From assembly GCA_951406725.2 (NCBI GenBank), contig OX597815.1:184388001-184452000 (forward strand): DNA of 64,000 nt, given 5' to 3'. The DNA comes from Octopus vulgaris (lineage: Eukaryota). A model generated the notes under the pieces. The model worked only from the letters and a program-made list of their open reading frames with translations, did no database searches and was not told the origin of the DNA. Positions 62,592 through 64,000 of this stretch are shown here, one piece after another. The position numbers were made by a program, and so were the translations under genes. How positions within the stretch are numbered: the first letter of the stretch is position 1; the number at the start of each line of letters is the position of its first letter.

Positions 62592-63471
62592 ACAGGTGAT
62601 CTGACCAATTAGTATCCGGGCTGTTGCCATAGTAACGAAGCCAAAGCACGCAGAGTAAAGCCGCTTAGCATAGATCGACTTTCAACTCTGCTGTGAATAC
62701 GCACTAAGTTTGAACGTTCAGGAAAACTTCCGCTGAGATGGTGACTGCAGTGCTTGGAAGGAAGGTGTGTAGCATGGGATCATCGCATTAACAGAGAAAG
62801 CTGAACTGAGAATTTTCGTAAAATTTTGCCAAAAGCTTGGTGATACCTGCTGAGAGGTCTGCGCAGAGTTTTCAAAAGGCTTTCATCGTTCTCGACTCAA
62901 TCAAGGAAATCTTGTGCAACTGAAACCCGAATGTCTTTTTGCTCAGTTGAAAGAAACTTGGCAGACACGTGTTTCATACCCAAATCTTCATTTTAATGGA
63001 CTGAACTGAACCGTGACTAATCTGCACATACTCTGATAACTCGCGGACGGTGATTCGACGATTGCCCCTCACAACAACCCGCACATCTGCGATATTTTTC
63101 TCAATTCTCCTGGTTACAAGTCTCCCAGAACGTTCGTCAATATCGACATTCTTTGCCCATCTTGGAAACGTCGGAATCACGCGTACACTTGTGTGAGGCT
63201 CATACACTCTTCTCCATACACTGCCTGCAACTTTTCGTAGGATTCTGAACAGCTATCGTCATGACAACTTTCTCTATCATGGTCAATGCAACGATCACAT
63301 GTTACACGCCTTACTTTCAAGCCCAGCTGTAAACAGCGGAAGTGAGCTACAACGTTAAAACAAAATTTGCATGCAAGGCAGCGTTCAAGGTTAACATTTG
63401 TCAGGCGGTTTTTGCGTGCTTTAGCTCCGTTACTGTGGCAACAGACCGGATGCTTATTGGTCATACCTCAT
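62592..63471. mobile_element. Mariner-derived non-autonomous element made of two inverted 5' ends
   Basis: ~55-bp TIRs tgaccaat.ag.atccgg.ctgttgcca.agtaacg.agc.aaagcacgc. Minus strand encodes YEKLQAVYGEECMSLTQVY...DERSGR...NRRITVRELSE..QISHGSVQSI (mariner HTH region); plus strand encodes KAELRIFVKFCQKLGDT. Confidence 0.85.
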
Positions 63472-63529
63472 ACAGTTGCATGTATGGGTTTTCGTGTCTA
63501 TATCTACATGCATTATTTATAGTTAATGT

Positions 63530-64000
63530 AAGGCGGCGAGCTGGCAGAAACGTTAGCACACCGGGCGAAATGCTTAGCGGTATTTCGTCTCCCGTTACGT
63601 TCTGAGTTCAAATTCCGCCTAGTTCGACTTTGCCTTTAATCCTTTCGGGGTCGATAAATTAAGTATCAGTTACGCACTGGTGTCGATGTAATCGACTTAA
63701 TCAGTTTGTCTGTCTTTCTTTTGTCCCTTCTGTGTTTAGCCCCTTGTGGGTAGTAAAGAAATAGGTTTTTCATCTGTCTTTAAATTCTGAGTGCAAATTC
63801 CGCCGAGGTCGACTTTGCCTTTCGGACTTGCAGGTCGATAAATTAAGTACCGGGTCCGTACTAAGGTCAATCTAATCGACTGGCCCCCTCCCCAAATGTT
63901 TTAGGTCTTGTACCTATAGTAGAAAAGAATTGTTAGCACATTGGGCAAAAATGCTTAGCGACATCTCGCCTGTCTTTATGTTCTGAGTTCGAATTCCACT
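63530..64000 (+). mobile_element. SINE A multimer, running off the window end
   Basis: Three units joined at the recurrent junctions. Confidence 0.9.

Overview
AT-rich, repeat-dominated animal genomic DNA. The SINE complement and dense (TA)n/(CA)n/(GA)n microsatellites suggest an Octopus (coleoid cephalopod) intergenic or intronic region; this is an inference, not a database match. Most ORFs in the supplied track are microsatellite or SINE artefacts. Recognisable content: about 45 copies of two abundant tRNA-derived SINE families, called A and B here; six SINEs that swap body and tail modules; two Penelope-like elements (PLEs) with GIY-YIG domains and type I hammerhead ribozymes, plus small (TA)n-embedded hammerhead-bearing derivatives; two CR1/L2-group LINE 3' fragments, one sharing its 3' stem-loop tail with SINE B; an R4/Dong-clade fragment at (TAA)n; mariner, Tc1 and hAT remnants and MITEs; five foldback structures; and several old local duplications. 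The only plausible host gene is a tentative spliced minus-strand ORF ending at 1507. The most notable signals are the hammerhead/PLE system sitting in (TA)n, a GIY-YIG nuclease with a ~108-codon low-complexity insert between its GIY and YIG motifs, the modular SINEs, and the SINE-LINE tail pair. Boundaries are hand-read and approximate unless TIRs, TSDs or splice sites are quoted.
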